Assembly (NCBI GenBank): GCA_965214405.1
Contig: OZ243956.1
Span: 1,440,001-1,504,000, forward strand
Direction of reading: 5' to 3'
Source of the DNA: Trueperaceae bacterium
Lineage (GTDB): Bacteria > Deinococcota > Deinococci > Deinococcales > Trueperaceae
DNA length: 64,000 nt
The translations under genes were made by a program, and so were the position numbers. Shown in pieces: positions 1 through 9,976 of this stretch. The notes below the pieces were generated by a model. It saw only the letters and a list, made by a program, of their open reading frames with translations. It was not told the DNA's origin and did no database searches. Position 1 is the first letter of the stretch, and the number at the start of each line of letters is the position of its first letter.

Positions 1-738
1 CCCGTAGGCTTTAGCCACGAAACCCTCCGGGGTGTCTCGGAAGGCACCTGGGCGCATCCGCTCGGCACCGACGGCGACGGGCGTGACCTGCTGGCCTTGA
101 TGATCCTCGGCGCGCCGCGCACCCTCGCCATCGGCTTTATCGCGGCGACGGCAGGGATGTTTGTGGGCATCCTGCTGGGCTTCACGGCGGGTTTTGTGGG
201 CGGGCGTCTGGACGACGTGATTCGTCTGGCGTCCGACACGACGATTACTATTCCTTCGCTGCTGGTGCTCATCGTGATCCAGTCGGTGATTCCGGTGAAT
301 CTAGTCGGCATGGCGCTCTTAATTTCGGCCTTTGCCTGGCCCAGCCCGACGCGGCTCATCCGGGCGCAGGTCTTGAGTATGCGCGAGAGCGGCTACGTAA
401 AAATGGCGCGGCTCTCGGGCGCGTCCACCTTTGCCATCATGTTTAAGGAAATGATGCCCAACCTTATCCCGTACCTGGCGGCGAGCTTTATCGGCAACAT
501 GGCGGGCTCGATTCTGGCGGCCATCGGCCTCGAGATTTTGGGCCTCGGCCCGCAGCGCGTGCCGACTTTGGGCGTGACGATTTACTGGTCCATTCAGCTT
601 TCCGGTTTGAGTCAGGGCTTGTGGTGGTGGTGGGGTTTTCCGACGATTATCCTGATTCTAATTTTTATCAGCCTGCTCCTCATCAACTTAGGTTTAGATG
701 AAGTTTCAAACCCCCGATTAAGGCGGGCCGCCGAATGA
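1..738 (+). CDS. Peptide/nickel ABC transporter permease (DppC/OppC type), 5'-truncated by the window edge
   Basis: Frame 1 is open from base 1 with HPLGTDGDGRDLL; EAA-like loop (YVKMARLSGAS); several TM segments. Confidence 0.92.
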   Translation, partial: PVGFSHETLRGVSEGTWAHPLGTDGDGRDLLALMILGAPRTLAIGFIAATAGMFVGILLGFTAGFVGGRLDDVIRLASDTTITIPSLLVLIVIQSVIPVNLVGMALLISAFAWPSPTRLIRAQVLSMRESGYVKMARLSGASTFAIMFKEMMPNLIPYLAASFIGNMAGSILAAIGLEILGLGPQRVPTLGVTIYWSIQLSGLSQGLWWWWGFPTIILILIFISLLLINLGLDEVSNPRLRRAAE

Positions 739-1793
739 CGCAGGTTAAGAAGACGCAGGTCAAGAAGGGTGAGACGGAAAAAAGGGAGAACAGGCTCGAG
801 CCCATCCTCAAGGTGAGAGACCTAAAAGTCTATTACGACACCCCGCAAGGCGACGTGTTAGCCGTTAACGGCATTACCTTCGACCTGTACGAGGGCGAAA
901 CGCTGGGCTTGGTGGGCGAGTCCGGCTGCGGCAAATCGACGGCGGCCTACGGCATTTTGCAACTCGTCCAGGAGCCGGGGCGCGTCGCCGGGGGCCATGT
1001 TTATCTCGACGACACCGACCTAATGGCCCTAAGCGAAGGTGAGTTTCGCGCCCTGCGCTGGACCAGCTTGGCGCTCATCCCGCAGGGCGCGATGAACTCG
1101 CTCAACCCGACCATGCGGGTTCACGCGCAGATTGCCGACGCCATCGTCGCGCACGAGGGGCGGCAGCCCAAGGCGAAGCTGGAAGCGCGGATTTTAGAGC
1201 TGTTCCGCACCGTGGGTTTGCCCGCCCGCGTCTACGGCATGTACCCGCACGAACTCTCGGGTGGGATGAAGCAGCGCGTCTGCATCGCGATGGGCATCGT
1301 TCTGAACCCGGCGGTGGTCATCGCCGACGAGTCGACGAGCGCCCTCGACGTGGTCGTGCAGCGCGTCGTCGCGCAGACCCTTTTGAAAGTCAAGGAAATG
1401 CTGGGCGTCTCGATGATCATGATCGGGCACGACATGGGCCTGATGGCGCAGATGGTCGACCGGATTGCCGTGATGTACGCCGGGAAAATAGTCGAAATCG
1501 CGCCCGTAAGGAGCCTTTTCAAGGACCCGATGCACCCTTACTCGCAGGTGCTCATCGACTCGATACCCTCGTTGAAAGAAAGGAAACCCCTCAAAATCAC
1601 CGAGGGCCTCACCCACGACCCGCGCAACCCGCCGCCGGGGTGTATTTTCCAACTGCGCTGTCCTTATGTGATGGACGTGTGCAAGACGAAAGAGCCCGAA
1701 CTGCGCGAGCTTAAAGAGCGGCAGCAGGTCGCGTGCCACCTCTACGAACTCTCGCCCAAGGGGGAGGTGCTGCGTGTCGCCACCCCTGCTTGA
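735..1793 (+). CDS. Oligopeptide ABC transporter ATP-binding protein (OppD/DppD type)
   Basis: GESGCGKS Walker A, LSGGMKQR signature, C-terminal HPY and GCIFQLRC motifs. Confidence 0.95.
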   Translation: MTQVKKTQVKKGETEKRENRLEPILKVRDLKVYYDTPQGDVLAVNGITFDLYEGETLGLVGESGCGKSTAAYGILQLVQEPGRVAGGHVYLDDTDLMALSEGEFRALRWTSLALIPQGAMNSLNPTMRVHAQIADAIVAHEGRQPKAKLEARILELFRTVGLPARVYGMYPHELSGGMKQRVCIAMGIVLNPAVVIADESTSALDVVVQRVVAQTLLKVKEMLGVSMIMIGHDMGLMAQMVDRIAVMYAGKIVEIAPVRSLFKDPMHPYSQVLIDSIPSLKERKPLKITEGLTHDPRNPPPGCIFQLRCPYVMDVCKTKEPELRELKERQQVACHLYELSPKGEVLRVATPA

Positions 1794-2799
1794 GATTCGC
1801 AACGCCACCAAGGTCTACGAGGTGGGCGGCGGCATGTTCGGCAAAAAGCGCGAGGTGGTCGCGCTGCAAGACTTCAACCTCACCGTCGCCGACCGGCCCG
1901 CGACCATCACGACCATCGCCGGGGAGTCGGGGAGCGGCAAGACAACGCTGGCGAACCTCGTGCTCGGCTTTACGAGTTTGAGTGGCGGCAACATTGTTTT
2001 CCAAGGCAAAGACGCGGGCGAGATGAACAGCCGAGAGGTCATCGATTACCGCCGCAATGTACAGGCGGTGTTTCAGGACCCCTTCGGCGTGTATAATCCT
2101 TTTTACCGCATCGCACACGTGTTTGACCAGGTTGTCAAGAACTTCAAGTTAGCTTCTAGTAAGGCAGACCGCCGCGAACGCGTCGAGGCTGCGCTGAACG
2201 TGGTCGGTTTGCGCGGCGAAGACATCCTGCGCAAGTACCCGCACCAGCTCTCGGGCGGTCAGCGCCAACGCATCATGATGGCGAGGGCCTACCTCATCAA
2301 GCCCAAGCTCATCGTGGCGGACGAGCCCGTGTCGATGGTGGACGCCTCACTAAGGGCGGCGATTCTCGAGGTGATGCTGCGCCTACGCGACGAGGAAAAC
2401 ATCTCGTTCTTGTACATCACCCACGACCTGTCCACCGCTTACCAGGTGGGCGACCAAATCTACATCCTTTACCAGGGCTCGATTGCCGAAAAGGGCCAGA
2501 CCACCAGGGTCATTGACGAGCCCAAGCACCCGTACGTCCAGCTCCTGGTCGATTCGGTGCCGGTGCCCGACCCGGATGAAAAGTGGGACACCGACATTGA
2601 CCTGCCCGACGAAGAGACCCTGCGCGCCGGGGACGCCACGGGCTGTCGCTTTTACCCGAGGTGCCCCGAGCGCATGGACCGGTGTTTGGAGGCTCGACCG
2701 CCGCTCTTTCACGTGGGCAGAGCCGACCACCAGGCGTCTTGTTATCTTTATGAGGACGAGCATAAAAACGAGACCGTAGCGCCCCCCGTCGTCAACTAA
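1774..2799 (+). CDS. Oligopeptide ABC transporter ATP-binding protein (OppF/DppF type)
   Basis: GESGSGKT, YPHQLSGGQRQR, HPYVQLL, GCRFYPRC. Confidence 0.95.
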   Translation: MSPPLLEIRNATKVYEVGGGMFGKKREVVALQDFNLTVADRPATITTIAGESGSGKTTLANLVLGFTSLSGGNIVFQGKDAGEMNSREVIDYRRNVQAVFQDPFGVYNPFYRIAHVFDQVVKNFKLASSKADRRERVEAALNVVGLRGEDILRKYPHQLSGGQRQRIMMARAYLIKPKLIVADEPVSMVDASLRAAILEVMLRLRDEENISFLYITHDLSTAYQVGDQIYILYQGSIAEKGQTTRVIDEPKHPYVQLLVDSVPVPDPDEKWDTDIDLPDEETLRAGDATGCRFYPRCPERMDRCLEARPPLFHVGRADHQASCYLYEDEHKNETVAPPVVN

Positions 2800-2809
2800 G
2801 GCCGTCACG

Positions 2810-3715
2810 ATGCGCCACCACTTTGCCGACCTCAACCGCGCGCCGCTTCTCCTACAGATTGGCGGGTTCTCGAGCGAAATCTTGGGCTGGGGGTTTTACA
2901 GCGGGGACGCGTGGTGGCGCAACTACCTGCACGTCCACTCGTTCTTCGAGGTTTGCTACGCTTTCAGCGGGCGCGGTCTCTTCCGCATCAGCGGGCGCGA
3001 CTACTGGGTTCAAGCGGGCGACTTATTCATCGCCAAGCCCGACGAGGCCCACGAAATCATCTCGGACGACGTAGACCCGCTGGGCATTTACTTTTGGTCC
3101 TACACGCTGGTTCCCCCTGCCGGGGCCAGCCACCGCGACGTTGACGCGATGCTGCACGCTTTTTCGCTGGGCGGCGCGGCTGTGGCCTCAGGGATGAGCG
3201 TGGTCGAGAAAACCGTTGAGCTTCTTACCGACGAGGTTGCGCGCGGGTCTCCCGGTTATATTCAGGTCATAGAGGGGCTCGCGTTGAAACTGATTTTGGA
3301 AACGGCTCGAGCCGTTTCCCACGTCCAGCCGCCTACCGGCACGAACGGCAGTCCTGGAAGAGGCGTGTCACCGGAGAACTCAAAAAATATCGCCGTCACG
3401 ACGATGTTGCGCTATATCCGCGACAACTATAACCGCCCGCTTTCTCTCAAAGAAGTGGCGGCGCAGGTGCATTTGAGCGAGCGGCACACGAGCCGCCTTT
3501 TCAAAAGAGCGGTGGGTACGTCCGTCAAGCAGCACGTGCTGGATTTGCGCCTAGACGTGGCTAAACAGCTCCTTCTGAACGAAAAGACCTCGGTCGCAGA
3601 GGTTGCCTACGCGACGGGCTACGGCGATGTGCGGCACTTCTCCACGCTCTTTCGCCAGCGTACGGGGGCGACGCCGACCGACTACCGGGGAAGGGGCGGC
3701 ACTCGGTTCTTATAA
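2810..3715 (+). CDS. AraC-family transcriptional regulator with N-terminal cupin
   Basis: HVHSFFEV cupin motif; double HTH (LSLKEVAAQVHLSERH...EVAYATGYGDVRHFSTLFRQRTGATP). Confidence 0.95.
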   Translation: MRHHFADLNRAPLLLQIGGFSSEILGWGFYSGDAWWRNYLHVHSFFEVCYAFSGRGLFRISGRDYWVQAGDLFIAKPDEAHEIISDDVDPLGIYFWSYTLVPPAGASHRDVDAMLHAFSLGGAAVASGMSVVEKTVELLTDEVARGSPGYIQVIEGLALKLILETARAVSHVQPPTGTNGSPGRGVSPENSKNIAVTTMLRYIRDNYNRPLSLKEVAAQVHLSERHTSRLFKRAVGTSVKQHVLDLRLDVAKQLLLNEKTSVAEVAYATGYGDVRHFSTLFRQRTGATPTDYRGRGGTRFL

Positions 3716-3840
3716 TGTCCGTTTTACCAACAAACTTGTCCTATTCCCCCCTTCCGAGAAAAGCGCGCCGCTGCTATGATTTTTCAATCTTAGCTGGATG
3801 ATAGCGGACGCTTAAAACAAATGTATGTCCGCTTTGCCAA
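3716..3840 (+). promoter_or_regulatory. Putative AraC-type direct-repeat sites and promoter of the dioxygenase gene
   Basis: TGTCCGTTTTACCAA (3716-3730), TGTCC again 21 bp later (3737), TGTCCGCTTTGCCAA (3826-3840); extended -10 TGCTATGAT ending at 3780. Confidence 0.5.
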
Positions 3841-3852
3841 AGGAGGCGGTTT

Positions 3853-4638
3853 GTGTCCGACGTCAAAGGATTTTTTGAGGAGAACGGCTACTACCACGCC
3901 AAAGGGGTCTTTTCGGCGAGCGTGGTCCAAGACTTAGAGGAGGACTTCGACCATATCGTCGCACAACTCATGGCCTCCGGCGAAAACATCAACGCGACCT
4001 GGATGGGGCCGGAAATGAAGCGCATCCAGGCCAAAGACAGCCGGACAAAAGACAGCGTGATTCTGCACACGCACAACGTCCAGCAGTTCTCGGCTCGGTG
4101 GCTTAAAGCGATGCAGAGCGACGCCTTTTTAGACGTGCCCGCGCAAATCTTGGGCGAGGACATCGTGCTGCACCACTCCAAGTTGTTCCAAAAACCCTCC
4201 GAAAAAGGCTCGCCCTTTCCCATGCATCAGGACTGGTCGTACTTCCCGACCGTCAAAGACACCATGATAGCCGGGATTATCCACGTGTCCGACGCGACCG
4301 ACGAGATGGGCTGCTTGCGCGTGTACGAGGGGAGCCACAAACTCGGGCGCGTGTTGGGCAGCGGCGGCATGGAAGAATCCGAAGTCTTGGCGGAGCACCC
4401 CATCGAGGGGGCCAAGGTGATTGAGGCCGAGGCGGGCGACGTGCTGTTTTTTCACTATTTCACGCTCCACGGCTCCATGCCGAACCGCTCAGATGCAACC
4501 CGCAAAACCGTCCTCACCCAGATGTACGCCGGGCATGACCGCATCGAGGACGGCAACGTACATCCGGACGAGCGGCTGGTGTTAAGGGGCTGGAATCATC
4601 AGAGTACCCGCGAGCGGGCGGGGGTCTTTAAGGGGTAG
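3853..4638 (+). CDS. Phytanoyl-CoA dioxygenase (PhyH) family Fe(II)/2-oxoglutarate dioxygenase
   Basis: HQD and LHGSMPNRS...R motifs; AGGAGG RBS upstream. Confidence 0.92.
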   Translation: MSDVKGFFEENGYYHAKGVFSASVVQDLEEDFDHIVAQLMASGENINATWMGPEMKRIQAKDSRTKDSVILHTHNVQQFSARWLKAMQSDAFLDVPAQILGEDIVLHHSKLFQKPSEKGSPFPMHQDWSYFPTVKDTMIAGIIHVSDATDEMGCLRVYEGSHKLGRVLGSGGMEESEVLAEHPIEGAKVIEAEAGDVLFFHYFTLHGSMPNRSDATRKTVLTQMYAGHDRIEDGNVHPDERLVLRGWNHQSTRERAGVFKG

Positions 4639-4856
4639 GGCTCGAGGGGCTCACCATAAGTAGCATCTGGGTTGAGGGAGACGTAAATCTGAACGCCGTG
4701 CGTGACGAAGTTTGGGAAACGCTATGCGCCTGAAGGCCCTCAGTACGAAGGCAAACCGCTGTCACGCCTGCCAAGGTTGGCCCAAACGACAGCCCTAAGC
4801 CTTCGTTCTTTGTCATTGACCCCTTCGTCACGCCCTAACGTCATAGACTTAGCAGC

Positions 4857-5801
4857 GTGCAACGCAACGACGCGGAACCTTCTAAATCTTTTGGCTTTTT
4901 CGACCGGCCCTACCTGCTCCTCGCGCTCGCCATCCTCTTCTGGGCGGGCAACAACATCGTCGGGCGCGCCGTCCGCGCCGAGGTGCCCCCGGTGGGACTC
5001 GCGTTCTGGCGTTGGACGCTCGCCACGGTTTTTTTGTTTCCTTTCGCTTGGCGTTTTCTCAAGAAGGACCTGAGTCTAGTGAGGCAGCACCTGCCCATCA
5101 TGGCGCTGCTCGCGTTTTTGGGTATCGGCTCGTTCAATACGCTGCTCTATTCAGGGTTGCAATATACCGTCGCCATCAATGCGTTTTTGCTGCAAACGTT
5201 GATGCCCGCCGTGGTGATTCTGATGAGCTGGGCGTTTTTCAAAGAAAAGGTTTCTGCGGGTCAACTCTTGGGTATCGCCGTGGCGTTTGTGGGCGCGGCC
5301 TTTATCATCTTCAGGGGCAGTCTGGAAACGCTTTTAACCTTCAAGCTCAACCCTGGCGACGCCATCATCTTTGTGGGCGTGGTTCTTTACGCGGCTTACA
5401 CGGCGCTCTTGCGCCTTCGCCCTCCCATGCACCCGCTGAGCTTCGTGCTCGCCACCTTTATGCTGGGTGTCCCCATGATTCTGCCCTTTTATGTGTGGGA
5501 AACCTTTTCGGGACGCGCCATGACCCTCTCGGCCCCTACTCTCTTTAGCCTCCTCTACGTCGCCATCTTCCCGTCCATCCTCTCGTACATCTTTTACAAC
5601 CGCGGCGTCGAGCTCGTCGGGGCCAACCGTGCGGGTTTATCCGCATACCTCATGCCCGTGTTCGGCACGGTGCTGGCGGTGCTGCTGCTTAGCGAGGCGT
5701 TTAAGGTTTATCACGCGCTGGGTATCGGGCTCGTCTTTTTGGGTGTGGTGGTGGCAACCAACAAAAGAGGGATACCGAAAAGGCGGCAGCGGGACGAGTG
5801 A
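4857..5801 (+). CDS. DMT/EamA family transporter
   Basis: About ten TM helices in two EamA repeats (LAFWRW, GANRAG...LMPVFG). Confidence 0.92.
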   Translation: MQRNDAEPSKSFGFFDRPYLLLALAILFWAGNNIVGRAVRAEVPPVGLAFWRWTLATVFLFPFAWRFLKKDLSLVRQHLPIMALLAFLGIGSFNTLLYSGLQYTVAINAFLLQTLMPAVVILMSWAFFKEKVSAGQLLGIAVAFVGAAFIIFRGSLETLLTFKLNPGDAIIFVGVVLYAAYTALLRLRPPMHPLSFVLATFMLGVPMILPFYVWETFSGRAMTLSAPTLFSLLYVAIFPSILSYIFYNRGVELVGANRAGLSAYLMPVFGTVLAVLLLSEAFKVYHALGIGLVFLGVVVATNKRGIPKRRQRDE

Positions 5802-5889
5802 AAGGACTTGACAGTGGGGGTGAAAGCCTTGTAGAGCTCTACACAGCGCGGCGTACAACATCTAAAAAAGGTCGGCGCAAGGCTTTATC

Positions 5890-7026
5890 TTAGTGGACCG
5901 TGGACGTCAGGTAGCGCCGGGGGCTGAAAAGCCCCACAGGATGCCGCGTTTCTCCCTGCACAGCCAAGTCCGCCAGCACCTCGCCCACCACGCTGCAAAA
6001 TTTGAAACCGTGGCCCGAGAACCCTGCTGCGAAGCTCACGTGACTAAAGTCCGGGTGCCGCCCGATGATGAAGTGCTCGTCTGGGGAGTTGGTAAATAGG
6101 CAGGTCTTGAGCGTCATCGTGGAGCCGTTCGCCTCGGGGAAGTAGCGCGCCACGCAGTCGCGCAATACCGCCTCGTCCCGGGGATGGACGTCCCGGTCGA
6201 GGTGGTCGGGGTCGACCGCCTCGAGCAGGTGATGGTAAAGGCCGATCTTGAAACCGGGAACGCCGTAGACCGGGAAGCCGTAGTAGCGACCCTCCTCTAC
6301 TGCTAAGTTGAAAACCGGGAAGCGCTCGGGCGTGAACAGCTCAGGCTTATGGGGCTGAAACCAGCCCAGCACTTGCCGCTCGGGTTGCGCGCTCCCCGCT
6401 AAACCCGGCACCTGCGACGACGCCCACGCGCCCGCCGTGACGACGAGTTCCGCCGCGGTGAACGTGCCCCGCTCGGTGCGGACGGTGACGCCGTTTTTAG
6501 TTTCACGCCACTCGATCACCCCCTCCCGCGCCCGCACCTCCGCCCCCAGAGCCTGAGCGGCGGTGACAAAGGAGACGATGCAGCGTTCCGGCGTCAGAAA
6601 ACCGCCCTCTTCTTGCAAGAGCGCGAAGTGTCCGTCGGGCAACCGGTAACCAGGGAAGCGCTTATGGAGTTCTTTGGCGTCCAAAACTTCGTGGGGGATG
6701 CCGTGCTCTAAGCAAGATTCGTGAGACCCTTTGAACACCCAGTCGTCTTCCGGCCCCGCGTCTATAGACCCCGTCACGTGCAACACCTTTTCGCCCGTGA
6801 CCCCTTCCAACTCTCGCCACAGCTCATACGCCCGCTCCAACAGGGGCACGTAAGCGCCGTCCTCGTAATAGGCGAGCCGGATAATGCGCGTGACGCCGTG
6901 TGAAGAGCCCAGTTCGTGGGGCACGTCGAAGCGCTCTAAGCCCAGCACGCGCTTGCCCCGCTTGGCGAGTTCATACACCGCCGCGCTGCCCATCCCACCT
7001 ACGCCGAGAACGATGACGTCGTACAC
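5890..7026 (-). CDS. solA: N-methyl-L-tryptophan oxidase / monomeric sarcosine oxidase family
   Basis: GVGGMG FAD motif, GSSHGVTRIIRLAY, CLFTNSPDEHF, GFSGHGFKF. Confidence 0.88.
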   Translation of the reverse strand: MYDVIVLGVGGMGSAAVYELAKRGKRVLGLERFDVPHELGSSHGVTRIIRLAYYEDGAYVPLLERAYELWRELEGVTGEKVLHVTGSIDAGPEDDWVFKGSHESCLEHGIPHEVLDAKELHKRFPGYRLPDGHFALLQEEGGFLTPERCIVSFVTAAQALGAEVRAREGVIEWRETKNGVTVRTERGTFTAAELVVTAGAWASSQVPGLAGSAQPERQVLGWFQPHKPELFTPERFPVFNLAVEEGRYYGFPVYGVPGFKIGLYHHLLEAVDPDHLDRDVHPRDEAVLRDCVARYFPEANGSTMTLKTCLFTNSPDEHFIIGRHPDFSHVSFAAGFSGHGFKFCSVVGEVLADLAVQGETRHPVGLFSPRRYLTSTVH

Positions 7027-7043
7027 GTTTGCACCTCCTTTAG

Positions 7044-7160
7044 GAGACGGCGCGTCTCCTCCCCAAAGCCACGTTCATCCTGGTTGAAGACAGCGGTCAC
7101 TATCTTACGCTCGAGAGGCCGCAAGCGGTCACGGCGGTCATGGAATATCGGTTATTATAG
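7044..7160 (+). pseudogene. C-terminal remnant of an alpha/beta hydrolase
   Basis: Start-less frame ETARLLPKATFILVEDSGHYLTLERPQAVTAVMEYRLL* matches the catalytic-His tail pattern GH-x3-LE-x-P. Confidence 0.55.
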
Positions 7161-7284
7161 CAGGTACCATCTGGTCGGAGAAAGATTTAGTTTGAGCATA
7201 ACCGTCTAAGATGCAGCTATGGTGATGATATCTGCGCCGAATCCACCCAGTACAAGTGAACCTCGCTATACCTTTGGAGGCACC

Positions 7285-8076
7285 ATGCGCGAAAACAAAC
7301 TGAGAACGAAGCTCGAGAACGGCGGGGCGGCAGTGAACGGCTGGCTCCATATCCCTTCGGCGGTCACGGCTGAGGCGATGGCGCACCAGGGTTTTGACAG
7401 CCTCACCATCGACTTGCAGCACGGCCCCCTTCACTACGAAACTGCCCTGCTCATGCTCCAAGCCATGTCGAGCACCGAGGTCACGCCGTTAGCGCGCGCG
7501 CCCTGGAACGAACCCGGCATCATCATGAAGCTGCTCGACGCGGGCTGTTACGGCATTATCTGCCCGATGGTCAATACCGGCGCGGAGTGCGAGGCGTTCG
7601 TTCGGGCCTGCCGCTATCCGCCGGAGGGCTACCGCAGCTTCGGGCCGACGCGCGCCAAGTTTTACGGCGGGGCGGACTACGCGCCCAACGCCAACGCCAC
7701 GGTGCTCACCTTTGCGATGGTAGAAACCAAAGAAGCCTTGGAGAACTTGGACGATATTCTGTCCGTTCCAGGCTTAGACGCCGTCTACGTCGGCCCGGCG
7801 GACTTGAGCCAGTCACTCGGCGGCCCGCCGGGTGCTGATTTTGACGAGGGACCCGTGCCCGAGGCGCTCGACAAGATTTTAGACGCCACCAAACGCCACG
7901 GCGTCAAGGCGGGACTTCACAACGCGTCGGTGGCTTACTCTCAAAAGATGATAGACAAGGGCTTTCAGTTCGTCACCGTCCAGTCCGACCTGAGCTTTAC
8001 GGTTGACGGCGCACAGAAAGTTGTCAACGGGTTTAAGGAGGGGGCGGAAGAGCTGAATACGCCTGCCCCGTACTAG
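7285..8076 (+). CDS. HpcH/HpaI aldolase family protein
   Basis: IDLQHG, KLLDAG, CRYPPEGYRSFG, MVET, YVGPADLS; GGAGG RBS before ATG 7285. Confidence 0.92.
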   Translation: MRENKLRTKLENGGAAVNGWLHIPSAVTAEAMAHQGFDSLTIDLQHGPLHYETALLMLQAMSSTEVTPLARAPWNEPGIIMKLLDAGCYGIICPMVNTGAECEAFVRACRYPPEGYRSFGPTRAKFYGGADYAPNANATVLTFAMVETKEALENLDDILSVPGLDAVYVGPADLSQSLGGPPGADFDEGPVPEALDKILDATKRHGVKAGLHNASVAYSQKMIDKGFQFVTVQSDLSFTVDGAQKVVNGFKEGAEELNTPAPY

Positions 8077-8426
8077 TGTGGCAGATGAGGTAACCGGGGC
8101 TACCTTATAGACTAAAGGCGATACGGGCGCGACGCTCACTTTTCCGTCGGGTTACGTTGTTCCGGTGGACGGGAATAGGCTGCTCACCTAGCCAACACGC
8201 GAACTTGGAGCCTAAGCCGTCGCCGAAGCGCCTGCCGCCCCCGCGCCTCCCATCCCTGGCACGGGACGCTTCAAAAGGTACGGTAAACCACCATCACCTG
8301 TTCGAGAATGGTGGCCGAAGCTTAAAATGTGTGGCCGTCCTAAAGACATTTCACCACATGAACATTATTAGAGGAGTTAGGCGTTTATCGACCCTTTAGA
8401 CGTCACCAAAGCTTCACCGACCTAGC

Positions 8427-9911
8427 ATGAGCGCACTCCTTCTCCGCGCGGACTACCTTATTGCTGACCCGAACGGGCTCGAGCGCGGCGTCATTCCTGG
8501 TGGGGCGCTCGTTATCGAGAAAGGCCGCGTGGTGGCCGTCGGCCCGTGGGAGGAAATTGAAAAGCAGTACGCTCACCTATCCCCCCTCTTTGCGCCGGAG
8601 GACCGCCTGGTCATCCCCGGACTCGTGAACGCGCATCATCACGGGCGGGCTCTGGACACGGGGCAGGTGGGGATGGCGGACAAACCGCTCGAGCTCTGGC
8701 TGCCCAGTTTCCTGCTCTACCCCGACGCCGACAGTTACGGGGCGGCGCTTCTTTGCGCCGCGCGGATGCTCCAAGGCGGCGTCACAACGTCCCTCCAGGC
8801 GCACTCCCACCCCGGCCCTTTCGACCTTTACGAACAAAACGTCCGCCGCTCGCTGGACGCGTACCGCGACGCTGGCGTGCGCGTCGCCTTTGCGGTGGGT
8901 CTTTACGACCAGAAGTTTCTGGCTTACGAGGCCGACGACGCGTTCCAAGCACGCCTGCCTGAACCTTTGCGCCGGGAACTGCTGCGTCACTTCCCGCCCC
9001 AGACGCTATACCCAGACACAGACGCTTATTTTAGGCTGTTCGAGACGCTGCTGGCTGAACACAAGGCGGACGATAGGGTCCGGCTTCTGCTCAACCCCAT
9101 CGGCTTACACTGGGCGTCCGGCGCGCTGTTAGGGCGGATGCGAGACGCGAGGGACCGTTTGGGCGTGGGCGTTCACTTGCACCTGCTCGAGACGCCCTAC
9201 CAAAAGGTGTATGCGGAGCGCCTTTTCGGAAAAACCCCCGCGGAGGTGCTGCTGGCGTTCGGCCTGCTCGGCGAGGGCACCTCCCTCGCGCACGGCGTCT
9301 GGTCGAGCGCGGGGGACGTGAGACTTTACGCGCAAACAGGCACCACTGTCGTCACCAACCCGAGTTCGAACCTGCGCCTGGGTAGCGGCCTGCTTCCCCT
9401 GAGGGAGATGCTCGAGCAAAACGTCCCCCTCGCCCTCGGCACCGACAGCATGAGCCTTTTTGGCGAAGACGACCTGCTGGCCGAGATGACCCTCTTGGGG
9501 GCGCTGCACCGCCCGGCGGGGCTCGAGTCGCGCTGGTCTCCCTACGAAGCGTTGCGCGCGGCGACGGTGGAGGGCGCGAAGGCGGCGATGTTTGGAGAAG
9601 TCGGGAAGCTTTTACCCGGTTACCACGCCGACATCGCGGTCATCGATTTGAAGCGTTTTCGAGAACCGTACATTCAGCCCCAAACAGATGTTGTCGCGCT
9701 GGCTTTGGGTAAGGCTCGAGCCGACGACGTGAAGACCGTCTTGGTCAACGGCCAGGTTTTAGTCGAGGAGGGGCGACTTACGCACCTAGACTTGCGTGAG
9801 GTTCAAGCGCATTTTTTGGAGGGTTTTGAAACGACTCGGTTCGAGGAGAAGCGCCTCTTTCTGGAAAAGCTCGAGCCCTACCTGTATCGACTTTACAAGG
9901 ATTGGCTGTAG
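8427..9911 (+). CDS. Metal-dependent amidohydrolase (guanine/8-oxoguanine/MTA deaminase-like)
   Basis: PGLVNAHHH, HLHLLET, LAHGVW, NPSSNLRLGSG, LGTDS. Confidence 0.88.
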   Translation: MSALLLRADYLIADPNGLERGVIPGGALVIEKGRVVAVGPWEEIEKQYAHLSPLFAPEDRLVIPGLVNAHHHGRALDTGQVGMADKPLELWLPSFLLYPDADSYGAALLCAARMLQGGVTTSLQAHSHPGPFDLYEQNVRRSLDAYRDAGVRVAFAVGLYDQKFLAYEADDAFQARLPEPLRRELLRHFPPQTLYPDTDAYFRLFETLLAEHKADDRVRLLLNPIGLHWASGALLGRMRDARDRLGVGVHLHLLETPYQKVYAERLFGKTPAEVLLAFGLLGEGTSLAHGVWSSAGDVRLYAQTGTTVVTNPSSNLRLGSGLLPLREMLEQNVPLALGTDSMSLFGEDDLLAEMTLLGALHRPAGLESRWSPYEALRAATVEGAKAAMFGEVGKLLPGYHADIAVIDLKRFREPYIQPQTDVVALALGKARADDVKTVLVNGQVLVEEGRLTHLDLREVQAHFLEGFETTRFEEKRLFLEKLEPYLYRLYKDWL

Positions 9912-9976
9912 ACAGAACCTCTCCCTTCTGAAAAGGTCGGGGTTTTTACCTCGTCAAAAGGCCCTACACAAGAGGT

